This document shows, piece by piece, positions 12,329 through 24,410 of a DNA stretch of 64,000 nucleotides. The notes beneath the pieces are model-generated. The model made no database searches. It was given only the letters and a program-made list of their open reading frames with translations, and was not told the origin of the DNA. This stretch comes from Selaginella moellendorffii. Taxonomy: Eukaryota; Plantae; Lycopodiophyta. Both the position numbers and the translations under genes were made by a program. The DNA lies in NCBI RefSeq assembly GCF_000143415.4, contig NW_003314301.1, forward strand, positions 65,757 through 129,756. Reading direction: 5' to 3'. Within the stretch, counting starts at the first letter, position 1. Each line of letters starts with the position of its first letter.

Positions 12329-13006
12329 ATGGCGGTAGCGTCGCCTCTTTCCATCTCGGTGTCCAACGATGTGGACCAATTCGTGTCCGGCGATGGCGAT
12401 GGGTTCGAGCTGGAGCCGTCGCGCGTCGTCAAGGTGGAATCGGAGGAGGCGTGGGAGCAATTCCTCAAGGAGGCCAATGCACAGAGCGCCATTGTAAGTG
12501 TTTGACCTATGGCTCTAGCTCCACTTGTAGTTCCAGCGCGCAGCTACAAACGCGATCCTTGTGAATCCTTAAAGGATCTAATCCTTGTTTCTTAGGTGGT
12601 GGCTCATTTCAGTGCCGAGTGGTGCGCGCCTTGCAAATTCATGGAGCCAGCCTTCAACAACATGTCCAAGCGATTGACTCACGTTATTTTCTTGGAAGTA
12701 GACATGGACGTGCAACATGTAAGTGGTTCTCTCCTCTCTCCTTGCTCCAAACTTCGAGAACGCGCAGGAATGAGAATGAAGAACGAAACAAAAGAGTGTT
12801 TTTTTTTGTGTGTTCTTGGTTTGTGGCCTTCGTACTGATTGATTGCTTCTTTGGGTGGAACTTGGCAGGAGCTGGCTTCCAAGTTGCAAGTGAAAGCACT
12901 GCCGACTTTTCTCTTCATCAAGGACGAGGCAGTGATCGACAAAATCGTGGGAGCCAATCCGGAGGAGCTGGAGAAGAAGATCGAGACACTGGCCTCGCCG
13001 TGTTGA
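12329..13006 (+). CDS. Thioredoxin h-type (CXXS1-like scaffold, WCAPC active site), 3 exons
   Basis: Spliced: SRVVKVESEEAWEQFLKEA..VVAHFSAEWCAPCKFMEP..ELASKLQVKALPTFLFIKD..DKIVGANPEELEKKI. Confidence 0.9.
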
Positions 13007-13440
13007 TGAGCACGCACGACTCGACTGGACGGGTCTCGTTTTTTTTTTCTCTCCCCCTTTTCTTTGTTTGATCGCTACGTAGGAGGCCATGGAATAAGTG
13101 CTGCTGCAAGCCGGGGTTCCATTTCATCACCATCGTCACGGTCGTTGTCATTCAGCCCGCCCAAGGATTTTCGATTTCTCCCACGAGTTTTCTTCTCCTT
13201 TTATCTTCGTGTAGGTAGCTCACAGCCTGTGCATATGAATCTATAGATGTTTGCTCTCTACGCTGATTGAATCAATCTACGAGAGTTTGATGCGTTACCC
13301 CGTGATCACGCCAGGTTCTTGGTTGCTGTTGGTTCCAGAGATTTGGATTGGGATTCTGCGAATGGTGAGTCTGTTCGTCACGTCGCAATCGCTTCGTTCG
13401 TGTCCGAGAATGAGAAGACGAGTGGTTTCGTCCAAGCGAG

Positions 13441-13536
13441 AAACTCTGCGTGGCTCCCCGTAAGCCAGCTATGGAGCTTATCATCGTCAGCTGATAAATC
13501 CCCCCCAGATGGCATACAGGGAGCCAGGCAGAGTGA
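13441..13536 (-). ncRNA. MIR160: MIR160 precursor hairpin (mature at 13530-13510)
   Basis: Minus strand has TGCCTGGCTCCCTGTATGCCA (the canonical miR160 sequence), pairing with TGGCTTACGGGGAGCCACGCA at 13467-13447 across a ~42-nt loop. Confidence 0.93.
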
Positions 13537-15485
13537 TTTTGTTTCTTCTTTCTTGCTCGGCTCCACACAAACTTCGAAGAATCCTGGCAACCAAAAAAAA
13601 AAAACAAAAAAAAACCAGTTTTTTTTTCTCTCTTCTCTTCCCAGAGACCGTGAGAGAATGATTCATGCGTTTGTTTTTACGAGGAAGAAGATGTAAACGA
13701 GAACTTTTACCTGGAAACTTGGATGGATCATCGCCAGGATTTGACAGATCGCTTTCGACTGTAACAGCGAGCAATTTGGAGTTTTTGTGACCTGGAAAGC
13801 TGCGAGCTTGAATCGGAGCAGTTCCCAGTCCTCGTCAAACAAAGCTTAAACAAAAGAAAAAAAGAGAGTAGCGATGAGCATGAAAAAGTTTAATCGCGAG
13901 AGAGTGTGAAGACCACCGACTTGTGTGCGATAGGAATGAATGAATGCTTGTGTTGCTGCGAGTCTTGTCGCCAGTTGGTCTAGATCTCTCCGCGCTATAT
14001 ACAGTTCAATCAATTCAATCATGGCAGGGAATAGTCAATCCAATCACACTCGAGGAGCTCTCGCTGCTTCTTTCTCTCTTCGCCAATCCAATGCAGCATG
14101 AATTCAAGCACTCACCATGGAGAATTCGGATGGAAATCTCGCCTTTGCGTCACTTGCATTGTCGAATTCTCGGTTGGATCCCGTTTGGATGGGGATGGAC
14201 TACTGCAATGGAATGGAGGACAGCTCTTGATCTCCATGCCCGCTCGCTCGCTCGCAGCAATCTCGCAGTCGATCGAAACGCACAAAGAGTGGATTGAGAG
14301 AAGAAACGAGAGGAAGAAGAAGAAAGAACGTTGTTCCGCAAAGCACCTTCTTCCTTTTTATTGCCCAACAGAGTTTTCAATCCACAGCACGTCACGCCCG
14401 TCGGCGGCCGTCAGTAGTTCGTTTCTGCCACGTGCCACGCTCCCAGCCGTCCGTGGCGAACAAAGAAGAACACACGCATCAACCTCCGTTATAGACTAAA
14501 CTCTTTTTCTATTTCTTCTTCTTCTTTCGTTACGCGTTTGCTTTGCTTTGCCTCGCATCGCAGCTCCATTGCATGCTTGCCCGTGAAACGGCCGTGATGT
14601 AGGTAGCCATCTTCGCTCGAGAGATTTCTTTTCGTTTCTTCTACTCGCTCCAACCGTTGCCAAAGGGGAAGCTTGTAGCTCGCTGCTAGATTTCCTGCCT
14701 CACTCCTCCAGAGCATCACTTATCCCATCATCTCCGCTCGTTCGATCGCTCGCTCGCTACTGCCACTGGAATCCAAAGAAGCATTAAGTTAGTCCAATCC
14801 ACAAAGTTTTTCTTAATCCAGGAAGAACTTACTCGCAGGACGATTCCAACCAACCCACCAACGCTTGCGTACTCTGCGGTACCCGAGCTGCAAGGAAAAG
14901 CCCGGAGCAATTACAAACTCCCGCCCCCACTCGATCCAAACATCCCAGTCACAGGATTGATTCAGCAATATCACAACCAGAGCTTCAGTGGTCGTGGTCA
15001 CAGCTTTGCTGGCTGGACGTTTCCTGTATACGACTTCTCGACTTTATGGAAAACAAGTGAGTGAGAAAGAAGAAGATGAAGCTCACTTCCTTTCATTGGC
15101 TTATCTCCAAACTCTTGGGCGGAGGACGAGTTGGGATAACTTAGCAAGCAAACGCCTTGTAGTATACACAGCCCCTGGTGGTTTTTCCTTTCTTTCCAAC
15201 TGAAGAAATGCCTTACCATCGTACGTTCCCTGCATGTAAAATAAATGACGCAAGGAACTCACATGGGATATGCCTGGCCGGTGGACTGACCAGTCTCACC
15301 ATGACCGAGTCTGATCACCAGGGCACCAGCACCTGCAAAGCATTTATCAGAATCTTCAATGGAAGGAATAGACACAAGTTGAAAGCCAAGCAACCGACAT
15401 GAGGCACTTACCCTTGACAAAGATGAGAGAATAGTTCGTATGGAGCGCGCGTAAGCATGAGCGCTGTCCTAGAGCCGGTCCTAGG

Positions 15486-17302
15486 CTACTTCTGCAACTT
15501 TGCGGGTGTAGGTTTCTTCTTGACCGCTGCTGCTGTTGCTGCTGCTGCTCCTGCTGCTCCTGCTGCCGTTGTTGTCGGGGTTTGATCGGCTCCCTCAACT
15601 TGTTGCTTGTTCTGGCTCAGTACCATTTGAACGTAACAGTGCAGCTGCCACAGCGTCCCCGTATCCTGTCGAGCGAAACAGTCTTGGTTTAGTATCATCA
15701 ACGTACTGTACGAGAGATTTCTCACCAGGGCATCAATATCCACCTCGACTTCAGCAACTGCGGCATTGAAACTGGGATTATTCTTTGCGATTATCTGGAT
15801 CACGCGGTTCAGTCCCGTTGGAGGCAAGCGCCCGAGACTCTGACCAAGTTGTCTTTTCTCTTCGATCGACATTGGCCTACACACACGCAGGTAAGAATAG
15901 GAAGAGAAACCATCGAGCATTTGCCTGTATTTTGATGTAGCATTGATTTTAATCTCCTCGAGCTCGTCTTCTAGATTGTTTAGCTGTGAACGTTCTAGGT
16001 GAGAAGGAACTCTAGCCTCACAAGACGTGTACCTTTTTGCAGATCTCGTGAGCCATTCTATCAAGCGCAACTTCCTCTGCGGCTTTAGCCTCTTCGCCTT
16101 CGTGAACTTCCAGTTCCACCATTTCCTGCTTTCGTTTAGCACCCTTAAGACACACACAATTACCAAGTGGTGTCAAGTTTAAACACAAAAATCTCCTGAT
16201 ACCGACTTACCTCTTCTAGAAGCTTTGGTTCCAGAACGAATTTATATTTCTCCTCAAACTTTTCAGAAAGCGTCTTGGCCATGACATACACGTCGGTTCC
16301 CACTTCGTTATATGTCATCGCGTTCGAGAAAACAAGCCTCACGTCCTCGGCAATTTCTTGAACGCTCCGGTATCCACTCCCATCTTTGGCTTCCATCTTT
16401 TCTCGAATAGTTCTAAAGTCCATAGGACGTTTAATTACCTGCAAACAAAATAAAACTACGATGATCAGCAGGGAAGACAAGAAGTAAAAAAGCGCTCCTT
16501 ACATCGTAGTAATCGTGTAATTGCAAGCCCTCCACATCAACAGGTTGCATGAAAGGCCAAGCCCACTTGTGTTGTGTAACCTGCATAAGAATAGAACGGG
16601 GTTTGTCAGCTCACAACTCTACATTGTCTTACCTGTCGAAGAATGTTGCTAAATATTCTCAAGTGATCCTGTGCACGCTTCGTATGCAGAGCTTCGCGGC
16701 GAGCGTTCTCTAGAGCTCGCTGCTTCTTAATGGCCGCGACTGCCTTTTCTCTATCATCGTCAGTCACTGTAATTCCAACCGGTCTATCTTTCAGGGAAGC
16801 TCTTCGCATCCTGAGAATATCAGAAACTTGCCGCTCCATCTGTTTGTTCACACAAAAATTTGCAGGAGAGATGGAAGGAAAAACAAAAGAAAAGACTTAC
16901 ATCTTCTACTTTGGAATTCATCTCCGTGACCTGGACTTTCAAGTTTCGCTTAAACTCGTCTTTGTCTGGCGATGCTTGCTGCGAGCCTGTGATAGACTGT
17001 GTAAGTGGAATAAAAAAAACCAAAGTTTTAATCTATATACCCGGCACTCGACTTCGATCGTTCACAGCCGGAGACTCTCCAGCTTTGCCTTCTTCCACGC
17101 CTTCCATGGCTTCGTCCCGTCCATTACTATCGGCGGAGCCATCGGTAGCTTGAGCGGACATAAGCGTGGACAAACTCCGGCATGGACGCTTTGCATCCCT
17201 CTCGTTGCTGTTGCTGGGACTAACCACGGAGGTGTTCTTGAGATGAGACATTCCTTTGGAGATCTTTCGCTTCCTCTCACCTGTATCATCCCTCTCCTCC
17301 AT
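15486..17302 (-). CDS. Bromodomain + ET-domain transcription factor (GTE1/IMB1-like), multi-exon
   Basis: [51 protein letters not shown]; ET domain MSIEEKRQLGQSLGRL..EVEVDIDAL; true start Met uncertain. Confidence 0.88.
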
Positions 17303-17336
17303 CCAGGGTTAGGGCAAAATCACACTCTAAGAAAGC

Positions 17337-17711
17337 ATGGCGTCCTTGCAGCTCCAGGTTTGTGATTCTCCTTTTCGTCACCGATGATCGAAATCTCTAC
17401 CAGGAGCGCGCGCTTGGAGCAACCCTGGGACTGATCGCTGGAGCTGGAGCTGTTCTCTACGAGCGCCGGCTGCTGTGGCGATCTACTGCCATCACAGGAC
17501 ACGCATTGTCTGGCGGAAACATGCCACTGCCTCCCCCGATCCCTGTGAGCCCCAAAATCTCGATTTCTATCTCTGCCTGACTCGCGATTCACAGCCTCCG
17601 GAGCCGCTCTTCGGGAAGAAAGATCGAGAGGAGCTCGCGCACGCCTGGAATCTCAGCATCGATCGCTACTTCAAGCCGATCATCGCCGAGCTCTCGGCCA
17701 GAGGCTGGTAG
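17337..17711 (+). CDS. Small (~92 aa) single-TM protein, 3 exons; Mic12/QIL1-like architecture
   Basis: Exons 17337-17357, 17404-17544, 17595-17711 join in frame: MASLQLQERALGATLGLIAGAGAVLYERR...ELAHAWNLSIDRYFKPIIAELSARGW. Confidence 0.7.
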
Positions 17712-17847
17712 AAGGAAATGGAATTGAGAGAAACATTTTGACCTAAAAATAAGTTTAGTCTAGCCTAGTCTCCCAAGAGCCCTAATCGAACAGGAGCTCG
17801 CGATTGCCCCAGATTTCTCCAGAGCGCGCGAGCTAGGGGCGATTTCC

Positions 17848-18919
17848 ATGGCGTGGCAGCAGCAGCAGCCGCCGCGGCCAATGCAGGTATGCTTCTTGCG
17901 CTTGGATCTCGCGTTTGATTCGAGAGAAGAGATTTCATCGCAGCCGTATGGATACAACAATTTTGTTCCTCAGCCCGGTATGCCTGGAATGCCACCACAG
18001 CCACCGCCTGGATCCGGCGATTCAGCCTTCTACAACTCGGATCTCATTCGCACGGGGCTGGGCGCCTACGGCGAGAAATTGTTTGGCAGCAGCAAAGATT
18101 ATGTACAAAGCAATGTAAGCTTTCACAAAAGAGAATTTTTATTTTTTTTCCTCTCGTTTCTTAGAGTGTTCTTCCTTCGTCGCAGATTTCCAGGTTCTTG
18201 GCCGGGCAAGACATTCACTATTACTTCCAGCTCAACGAGCAATACGTGAAGAACAAGCTCAAGATCATTTTGTTTCCATTTCTACACAAGGTGGGAGGCT
18301 TGAGAAAATCTTGCTAGAGATTGAGAGATTGTGTTCCAGGGACACTGGACGAGAATCGCCGAGCAAGTCGCGGGAGGCATCACTTACAAGCCTCCCCGGT
18401 ATGATATCAACGCTCCCGACTTATACATTCCTCTCATGGCTCTCGCGACGTATGTGGTTCTTCGCTGCTACGCTCTTGGCTTCACCGGAAAGTAAGATCT
18501 CGATCTCGTTCAAGCTCTCTCTCACCATCGCTCTTCGTCACAGGTTCTCGCCGGCAGTGATGCAATCCAGCTTCTCCCACGGGATTGGAGCGTGGCTCGT
18601 GGAAGTGATCCTCGTCAAGGGGATGCTCTTCGCGGTGGGCAGTGGCGAAGTCCCATGGCTCGACACGCTCGCCTACAGCGGCTACTCACTCGTCGGTATG
18701 TCTGTCTCCATCGCCGCGACGATCTCGAGCAAGTACCTCTTCTACTTCGCGCTCCTCTGGACGGGGATTTGCATGGGAGTGTTCCTCGTCAAAACGCTCA
18801 AGAGAGTGTTCCTGGCGGAGGTCCGGAGCTACGAGCGCGACTCGAGCAAGCACCACTACTTGCTGCTCTTCGTCGCCATCGCCCAAGTTCCAATCTTTCT
18901 ATGGTTTACTCGGCTCTAG
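17848..18919 (+). CDS. YIF1: YIF1 family ER-Golgi membrane protein
   Basis: [64 protein letters not shown]. Confidence 0.9.
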
Positions 18920-19054
18920 CTTTGCCGCAAAGCTTTCGTGCGTTTTAATTTAGTCGCGGCGCGTATATTCCCCTTAAACCCTAGAATTTTTTTTGAAAGG
19001 CAGCGCCTTGGAGAAGATACTAGGGGAGGAGGGCTTTCTCTCTCTCCCAGGGCG

Positions 19055-22042
19055 ATGGCGAGCGCGATGGCGGTGGATTTCTCCGCCGCCGCCGACGAGG
19101 AGGATGCGATCAACGAGCCTATTCTGGTGGGATCACTCATGGCCGAGGTGAGAGGTTTAGCGCATCATCGCGGGAAGCTGTCCAGCGACGGGCTCGCGCA
19201 GCTCGTCCGCGATCCGACGAATCGTTTCGATACGAATGCGTTCCGGGTGATCAACGAGCGCGGCGAGCAAGTCGGGTACATCCAGAAGGAAAAGGCCAAG
19301 AGTCTAGCGCCGCTGGTGGACAAGGGGCTGGCGCAGCTCCAGTGTATCGGTGCTGGGAATGGAAGCTCTAACAGGGTCTCGTGTGAGGTCTTCGTGTTTA
19401 GCTTGCCGGCGATGGTCGACGCTGTCCGGGATCATCTCGAGTACTATGGCGAGCAGCTGAGAAGTCCTTACGATCCTCCAGTAGATAATGTAGATGATGG
19501 TCGTGGTGGTGGTGGTAGCGATCAACGAGTAGCAAATGGTAGTTCTTCAAGAAGTGGTGGTGGTAGCGATCAACGAGTAGCAAATGGTAGTTCTTCAAGA
19601 GGTGGTGGTGGTAGCGATCAACGAGTAGCAAACGGTGCTAGTTCTTCAAGAGCTTCGACTAGTTCTTCCAGCAGAAGACGTGATTATCGTGATCACCACC
19701 AGCAGCACCAAAGGCCTCCTCGTGATCAGCATCACCGAGTCGATCGGTCGTTAAGTGTACCGGCGCCACCACCGGCGAGGAGAAAGTTGATGATGGCTCC
19801 TCCGCCTCCTCCTCCTCCTCAAGCTCCAAAGGCTCCAAGCATCGATGATATCTTCGAGAGCATGACGGCTGGAGCAAAGATCCGGCAGCGCATGGAAGCT
19901 GACAACAGTGTCATCAAGTCCTCGTTGATGCAACACCAGAAGGAGGCTCTGGCTTGGATGGTCCAGCGAGAAAACTCGTCAGCTCTTCCTCCGTTCTGGG
20001 AGAAGAAAGGCACGACAATGTATACCAACACTCTGACAAACGTTACGTCCGCCAAGCGCCCCGAGTCTCTCCGGGGTGGGATCTTAGCTGACGATATGGG
20101 ACTCGGGAAGACACTCACGGTTCTAGCGCTCATTGCCACCAACAAGCCCGGTGCTGTTCTTCCACCGATCGAAGACATCAAGGAGCCAGAGCAAAGTCAG
20201 GGTGGCGAGCCAGCCTCGAAGAAGCTCAAAACTTCCGATGACAAAGGAAAGGCAAAGACAGCAGCTCCGGTGCCCGTTTCCAACGACGGACCTCCCTGTG
20301 TTCCAGCAGCCGATGGTCCTCGAGGAACTCTGGTGATTTGCCCGCTCTCGGTGCTCAGCAACTGGGAGTCGCAGCTAAAGGATCACACGTACCCCGCGGG
20401 GCTCAAAGTCCACAAGTATCACGGACCGAATCGCACCGCCAACGCCAGGACTCTTGCAGACTATGACATCGTTTTCACGACTTACAACATGCTTACCGAG
20501 AGAAATTCTCCTCTCAAGAAGGTCCACTGGCTGAGGCTGGTGCTGGACGAGGCTCACATTATCAAGAACCCGAGAGCGCAGCAAACCAAGAGTGCGGTGG
20601 CCTTGAATGCCGACCGGAGATGGGCCGTGACGGGCACTCCAATCCAGAACAGTGCCAAGGATCTCCTTAGTCTCATGCAGTTTTTGCATTTCGAGCCTCT
20701 CAACGAGCAGAGTTTCTGGACGAAGACTATACAGAAGCCACTGACGAGCGGCGAGCCTGTTGGATTCGCTCGGCTCCAGGTAAAGTTTCTTCTTTCATTT
20801 CGTTTATAACCGGCGATCATTCAGGGACTTATGTCTTCCATCTCGCTGAGGAGAACGAAAGAGACGAAGGTGAACGGCAAGAAGCTCGTTGACTTGCCTC
20901 CCAAGATCATTACTGTCTTCCCGGTGGATCTCAGCCCTGAAGATCGCAGTCTGTACGACAAGATGGAAAAAGATGGCAGGAATATGATCCGGCGCTTCCT
21001 GGACAACGGCACGGTGACGAAGAACTACGCCGTGGTGCTACAGATGATTCTCCGGTTGCGTCAGATATGCGACCACACGAGTATGTGCCCGGCGGAAATC
21101 GTTAATATGAGCACTTCATCAGACACCGACACTCAAGGTATGTCTATGATCAGAAAAAACAAAAGGAAAACTTGAGTTTTCTGAAACTTTGCAGGAGCAG
21201 GACCGAAAGCGGCCAGTCCAGAGCTGCTGAAAAAAATGCTGGCCACGTTGGGCGATGATTTCGATTGTCCGATCTGCCTCGCTCCTCCTTCGGGAGCCGT
21301 GATCACATCCTGCGCTCACGTTTTCTGCCGGCGGTGCCTCGAGAAAGTACTGGAAGACGAGGACAAACAGTGTCCAATGTGCCACGAGGAGTTGAGCGAG
21401 GACGATATCTTCTCTTCTGGGAAACCAGACGAGGAGGAAGATGAAGAGCTGTCCAACAAAAACGATGTCGAGGACGACGATGACAAAATCGACGTGAAAG
21501 GAGTGAAGCCGAGCGCCAAGATCAACGCGCTGATATCTATGCTGGAGAAGACGAGGGCCAAGGATCCAAATATCAAGTCGGTGGTGTTCTCCCAGTTCTC
21601 CACGATGCTCAAGCTCATCGAGGGGCCACTCCAAAAGGCCGGCTTCAAGTTCGTCAAGCTCGAGGGCGGCATGAGCGCCAGCAAGAGGGAAGAAAACATG
21701 GAAGCGTTCAAGTCGACACGCAGTGGCTCGCCGACGGTGTTTCTTCTCAGCCTCAAGGCCGCTGGAGTGGGATTGAATCTGGTGACGGCGTCCAACGTGT
21801 TCATGATGGACCCGTGGTGGAATCCGGCGGTGGAGGAACAGGCCATGGATCGAGTTCACAGGCTGGGACAGACGAGAGACGTTCATGTGTTTCGGCTCAT
21901 TGCCACGGACAGCATCGAGGAGAGGCTGCTCCAAGTCCAGGAGAAGAAGAGGGCGTACGCACAGATCGCGCTGGGAAAGGAGGCGTCCGAGCAGCGGAAG
22001 AAGAAGTGCGTGGAAGAAGTGAAGCTGCTCATGAAGTGCTAG
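19055..22042 (+). CDS. RAD5B: RAD5B/HLTF-like SNF2 helicase (HIRAN + SNF2 + RING + helicase C)
   Basis: HIRAN (LVRDPTNRFDTNAFRV..QVGYI), GGILADDMGLGKT, LVLDEAH, VTGTPIQN, RING CPIC..CAHVFCRRC..CPMC, WWNPAVEEQAMDRVHRLGQ. Confidence 0.9.
19503..19650 (+). repeat. Three ~45-bp coding tandem repeats (GGGGSDQRVANGSSS)
   Basis: ggtggtggtagcgatcaacgagtagcaaatggtagttcttcaaga repeated x3. Confidence 0.9.
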
Positions 22043-22679
22043 ATCGCTGGCGAAAGAATTAAAATTGTTTGATTATTTTGCAGGTAAGATTTAAACAAAC
22101 CAGTTTACTTTAGTTGACCATTATTGACCTTAGTTGGCTGGGAACAAAGGTTAGATAAGTGCTAAGTTATGCCCTTTTAACTCAATATCCGGCACAGGTT
22201 GCTTTAGGAGACGAGAAAAGGCATTAATTTAGTCTCTGCGTTTTATTTCTCAAGTTGTTTCTCACTTTTTGGTTTCTCCAATCAACACAGAAAATAACCG
22301 AATTCTCATAACAGGAGGAATTCCTACTGCTCTTTGCCTATCCCTCCCCAAAATTGCCACTCCAAACCCCATGAATCTTCTTTATTCCTTATTCCTTCAG
22401 GTCACACGCACTCAGAATTCGAGCGGCTTCTTCTATCCTGCGTCTCCAGGAAAGTTGTTAATCAACAACGCTCCAGCATCTGACGATCATCACTAAATAG
22501 CTGCTTTAAATGCTCCATCTACGTTGTTTGATGCCAGCCACGTGAGGGGCTCGAGGAAACGAAAGCGGAAATTCAACTTCTGGTTGCTCTTCTCTTACAC
22601 ATTTCGATTACAGGAGTTCTCTATCAGAAAAAGGATAGAAACAATGCAGATGAAGGTTCAGGCCCCAGGCAGCAGCTTC

Positions 22680-23534
22680 TGTGAGGATGTAGTACATTTG
22701 AGATCACCATACGGCTGAGACACGTGGTGACATGTGGTGGATCTGGAGAGTCACAACTCTCACCTGTGTATGTATAGCAGTGATGATATTCGAGTGATAG
22801 AGTTTTTCTCTTCTTCCTTAGTTTTCAACATGGTATTAGAGCTCAGGGATTAAATTCTAGGCTGAATAGAGGATGAAGAGGAGGAAGACGATGAGCCCCC
22901 TGATCTAGAGCGGCTGTGAATTGCAAATATCAAGATGGAGGTTTTCTTGTTTATTTTGTCTTGTGCAGGCAACCCTAAAATTGAGGCGGTTCTTGATCTA
23001 GATTGGAATTGGAAGGGTTGCAGCACTGCTTGCTACTGCTGGAGACGATCTGATGCCCCTGCTGCTACAAGGGAAGGCTTCCTTGGGCTGGAGATTTGCT
23101 GATGCTGCCAAGAGGCTTCTCTTCTTCCTGGGAATTGCTATGTGCAAGGGCCTTGAAGCTGATGGGGAGATCACATTTGAGTGGGGGACATAGAACAAGA
23201 TATTGGTTCCTGACGGGTCCTGATACAAGCTGGGCTGTGTGCAAGCTTGGGTACCTTGGAACATACTGTTATTATTGTTCAACACCACAAGATTCTGATT
23301 TCATGAGCTCAGCTTTTCTCAGCTGAGTGGGGGGAGTGAGATAGATTCACAATGGTTTAGCATTAGTTTCTTTTTTTCTGACCCAGCTTTGGCACATTGA
23401 TCTTGAGTGGGGGTGTAACAATGTAGTACATCTGAGATCACCATATTTCTGAGACACATGGTGACATGTGGTGGATCTGGAGAGTCATAACTCTCACCTA
23501 TGTATGTATAGTGGTGATGATATCTGAGCAAGAG
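22680..23534 (+). mobile_element. TRIM (non-autonomous LTR retrotransposon), plus-strand copy, 3' LTR truncated
   Basis: 151-bp LTR TG..CA 22680-22830, tRNA-Met-type PBS tggtattagagc 22831-22842, PPT gagtggggg 23405-23413, second LTR from 23414. Confidence 0.88.
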
Positions 23535-23546
23535 ACTCCGATACCA

Positions 23547-24410
23547 TGTTGAAAACTAAGGAAGAAGAGAAAAACTCTATTGCTCAAATATCATCACTGC
23601 TATACATATATAGGTGAGAGTCCAGATCCACCACATGTCACCACGTGTCTCAGCTGTATGGTGATCTCAAATGTACTACATCCTCACACCCCCACTCATT
23701 CGAGATCAGCATGCAAAGGCTGGATCAGAAAAAAGAAATTAATGCTAAACCACTGTGAATCTATCTCACTCCCCCACTTAGCCAAGAAAATTTAACCTCA
23801 TGAAATCAGCATTTTGTGGTGTTGAACAACAATAGCAGCACGTTCCAAGGTACCCAAGTTTGCACACAGCCAACTTGTATCAGGACCCATCAGGAACTAG
23901 CATCTTGTTCCATGTCCCCCACTCAAATGTGATCTCTCCATCAGCCTCAAGGCCCTTGCACACAGCAATTCCCAGGAAGAAGAGAAGCCTCTTGGCAGCA
24001 TCAGAAAATCTCAGGAAGCCTTCCCTTGTAGCGCATCAGATTGTCTCCAGCAGTAGCAAGCAGTGCCACAACCCTTCCAATTCAAATCCAGGCCAGTCTC
24101 GATCAAGAACCGCCTCCATTTTAGGGTTGCCTGCACAAGACAAAATAAACAAGAAAACCTCCATCTTGATATTTGCAATTCACAGCCGCCCCAGATCAGG
24201 GGGCTCATCATCTTCCTCCTCCATTCAGCCCAAGATATAATCCCTGAGCTCTAATACCATGTTGAAAACTAAGGAAGAAGAGAAAAACTCTCTCGCTCAG
24301 ATATCATCACTATTATACATACACAGGTGGGAGTCGTGACTCTCCAGATCCACCACATGTCACCATGTGTCTCAGCTGTACGGTGATCTCAGATGTACTA
24401 CATCCTCACA
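23547..24410 (-). mobile_element. TRIM, complete minus-strand copy
   Basis: LTRs 24410-24260 and 23688-23547, PBS 24259-24248, PPT 23697-23689; a second PBS-like tggtatcggagt follows the 3' LTR (23546-23535). Confidence 0.9.

Noticed and set aside
13510-13530. miR160 target site of an ARF gene on the plus strand
   Set aside because: No ARF coding sequence surrounds it; the minus strand forms a proper miR/miR* hairpin
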